40,608 bases of DNA from Octopus bimaculoides (taxonomy: Eukaryota): contig NC_068997.1 of assembly GCF_001194135.2 (NCBI RefSeq), positions 25,014,695 to 25,055,302 of the forward strand, given 5' to 3'. Made by a program: the position numbers and the translations under genes. The notes beneath the pieces were generated by a model. That model saw only the letters and a list, made by a program, of their open reading frames with translations, ran no database searches and had not been told where the DNA came from. The stretch's first letter is position 1, and the number at the start of each line of letters is the position of its first letter. Below, in pieces: positions 37,929 through 40,608 of the stretch.

Positions 37929-37981
37929 TTTTACTCTTTTACTCTTTTACTCATTTAGTTGTTTCAGTCATTTGACTGCTG
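37929..37981 (-). mobile_element. SINE family A extreme 3' tip
   Basis: TTTACTCTTTTACTCTTTTACTC..GTTTCAGTCATTTGACTGC; the GTTTCAG.CATTTGACTGC part matches the end of the 37222 copy. Confidence 0.6.
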
Positions 37982-38399
37982 CTGATGTAGCTCATTGTCC
38001 TTCACATCCGAGATGATCAAATGAATCCAGCGAGGGAGGTTGAGTGGTGGAATATATTTGCTCGTAACTATACAAGTAGATGACGCAATTAGTGAAAGCA
38101 TGGCGCAGAGCACAAAGTAATGGTCGCTTGCGAGTGATGGCTTTAGTTACTCATTTATGTGTATGTTAGCATATATATATATACATATATATATATATAA
38201 GCGTGTGTATATGTGTATATATATATATATGTATATTAGTATGTATGTATGTATGTATGTGTGTATGTATATTTGTATGTATGTATGTATGTATGTATGT
38301 ATGTATGTTGGTATGTATGTATGCATGTAACTAGTTAGCTATATCTTTCTGGTTGTAGAATTTAACATCTTAACACCTACTGCAATCTTATTACGAGTT

Positions 38400-38850
38400 A
38401 CTTCTTGTCAGTCAGTCTTGCCTTTGCAATGATTATCTGCTTAAATTTTCTTCACACTTGCTAATCAATCTACGCTTCAGAGACGAGCTAGATCTTTCTG
38501 CTATAATTCCTTCCAGATTCTTCTATTGATGCTTTATTCCTCATAGTGTATCTGCCAAACTTACGCTTTTTCAATCGCTCCGTCTAATGAAGATGAAGAC
38601 AACGGCGACGTAATACTGTTTCTCTCTTTTCATATCTCCTAATACGTTGGCTATTCGCTCGAATTCTCTGGGTAATTATTTCTCTTATCACTATTAAGTA
38701 TCTTTCCCTCTGATCATGATATATTGGCCTAACTGCTGTCACTTCACTGTTAATCTTTAGACCTCTTACTAATATTTTCGACCATCGATTCTATTGATAA
38801 GTCCCTTTCTTATCATCTCTAAATTCTCCCTTGGATTTTTCAATATCCAT
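38400..38850 (-). mobile_element. Decayed R4/Dong-like (RLE clade) LINE ORF fragment
   Basis: Minus strand 38688-38620 translates IREIITQRIRANSQRIRRYEKRE, resembling the pre-RT motif LKQR/KI.A.A.RI.RY..R of R4-clade elements; flanks are purine-rich with stops. Confidence 0.5.
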
Positions 38851-38869
38851 GTTTGGAACAGTGAGATGC

Positions 38870-39277
38870 AACAACATCATCGTCATCGTCATTAACTTCA
38901 TCATCATCATCATCATCATTATCATCATCATCAGTATCATTAATCTTCTTCTTCTTCTTCTTCGTCTTCTTCTTCTTCTTCTTCTTCTTCTTCTTCTTCT
39001 TCTTCTTCTTCTTCTTCTTCTTCTTCTTCTTCTTCTTCTTCTTCATCACCATCATCATCATCCTCCTCCTCCTCATCATCATCACCATCGTGGTGGTCGT
39101 CGTCGTCATCATCATCATCTTCATCACCGTCATCATTATTCTCCTTCTCGTCCGCCTCCTCCTCCTCCTCATCATCATCATCGTCATCGTCATCATCGGC
39201 AGCATCAACATTATTCATTACCCTCACCCTCTAAACTTGATCCCCTTGTGCCAAAATTTGAAACAACAACAACAACA

Positions 39278-39318
<41 letters not shown>

Positions 39319-39320
39319 AG
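38870..39320. repeat. (CAT)n-(TTC)n-(CAT/CCT)n-(CAA)n-(CTA)n compound microsatellite
   Basis: Directly visible. Confidence 0.95.
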
Positions 39321-39359
39321 GTGATGCTGCTGTTTCTGTTGTTGTAGCTGTTGTTATTT

Positions 39360-40215
39360 AGCCGGTGAGCTGGCAGGATCGCCAGCATGGTAGACTAAAT
39401 ACTTAGCAGCTTTCGTCTACCCTTACGTTCTGAGCTCAAATTCCGATAGGGTCAGTTCTGCCTTTCATCTTTTCGGAGTTGATAAAATAAGTACCAGTCG
39501 ACTGAAACCATCGCCTCAAAAACTGACTTGTGTCAAAATTTGAAACTATTATTATTATTATTATTATTATTGTTATTATAATCATTATTAAGGCGGCCAG
39601 CTGGGAGGATCGTTAGCCCGCCGGGCAAAATGCTTAGCGGCATTTCCTCGCTCTTCACGTTTTGAGTTCAAAATGTCGCCGAGGTTGACTTTGCCTTCCA
39701 TCCTTTCGGGGTCGATGAAATAAGTACCAGTTACGCACTAGGGTCGGTGTAGTTGACTAGCGCCCTCCCCTAAAATTTCAGGCGTTGTGCCTATAGTAGA
39801 AAGGATTACTACCACTATTACTATTATTATTGTTGTTGTTATTGTTGTTATCATCATTATTGCTATTAAGGTGGCAAGCTAGCAGAATCATATTAGCACG
39901 CCGGGCAAAACATAATGTGGCATTTCGTCCGTCTTTACGTTCTGAGTTCAAATTCCGCCGAGGCCAAATTTGCCTTTCATCCTTTTGGGGTCGATGAAGT
40001 TAGTATCAGTTGAGCACTGGGTTCGATGTAATTGACTAGTCCCCCTCTCTTAAAATTTTCAGGCCTTGTGCCTATAGTAGAAAGGGTTGTTATTATTATT
40101 ATTTAGGCAGTCGGCTGGCACAATCGTTAATGCTTCGAACAAAATGCCGTCCTGAGTTTTTTCCAACTCTTGACTTTTAAATTCCGCGGGGGTCAGGTTT
40201 ATTTTTTTATCCCTT
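39360..40215 (+). mobile_element. Head-to-tail array of four SINE family B copies (about 39360-39547, 39591-39804, 39869-40086, 40105-40215)
   Basis: Each starts AG(G)C/TGG.. and carries GAG.TCAAA.TCCG / TTTCATC.TTT.GG core (the fourth is partial); copies are separated only by (ATT)n-like spacers. Confidence 0.9.
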
Positions 40216-40470
40216 TGCCCTCGATAACGATGGAGTAATATTGTTCCATTCGTTTTTCAATAATTCCCAGAGTTCATCTTGGTTCTGTGGATTTCCCCTT
40301 TGCGTCCCATCTCCAGTAATCTTCCAAACGTTTTCTATAGGATTGACATCGGGACTTTCAGGTGGCCAGTCTATGAGATCAACCTCTTCATCACTCAAAA
40401 AGTCTTTGACTCTCTTTGCTGTGTGAGAGGAGCGTTGTCCTGCACGAATTTGGGGTGTTGAACTGACGAG
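40207..40470 (-). pseudogene. Tc1-family DD34E transposase C-terminal remnant
   Basis: Minus strand: FVQDNAP-[frameshift]-HTAKRVKDFLSDEEVDLIDWPPESPDVNPIENVWK..NPQNQDELWELLKNEWNNIT. Restoring one base gives exactly 34 residues between D (QDN) and E (PIE). Confidence 0.9.
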
Positions 40471-40537
40471 GATCGGAGATGTGGAAGGACATGCTGTCTA
40501 ATATATATCTCACATACTCTCTTTGTCTCTCTCTCTC

Positions 40538-40608
<71 letters not shown>

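Noticed and set aside
39360-40215. CRISPR-like or satellite array
   Set aside because: Units are about 200-bp diverged SINEs with Pol III boxes that also occur dispersed; eukaryotic context and no unique spacers.

Overview
Eukaryotic animal genomic DNA, very AT-rich and saturated with microsatellites, with 11 N-gaps. The repeat content and the Hox sequence point to a mollusc, most likely Octopus (inference). The only host coding sequence I can support is the terminal homeobox exon of a Hox5/Sex combs reduced (Scr) gene on the + strand. It has a splice acceptor AG at 23518-23519, coding 23520-23797 and the homeodomain at 23534-23713. I found no YPWM-bearing first exon in the sequenced 23.5 kb upstream, so that DNA is probably one very large intron (or exon 1 is hidden in a gap). 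The rest is simple repeats, at least four SINE-like families (about 25 copies or fragments), and decayed remnants of RTE-like and R4/Dong-like LINEs, a Penelope-like GIY-YIG element, a Tc1 DD34E transposase and a mariner end. Nearly all other ORF-track entries are microsatellite or N-gap artefacts. The best leads are: a SINE-donated strong-context ATG in frame with the Scr homeodomain; a perfect 38-bp-arm hairpin 3.1 kb downstream of the stop; a perfect 69-bp-arm (AAT)22/(ATT)22 palindrome; and a SINE family that sits in (ATT)n tracts at both ends and builds tandem arrays. I found no convincing evidence of a wholly new multi-gene system.
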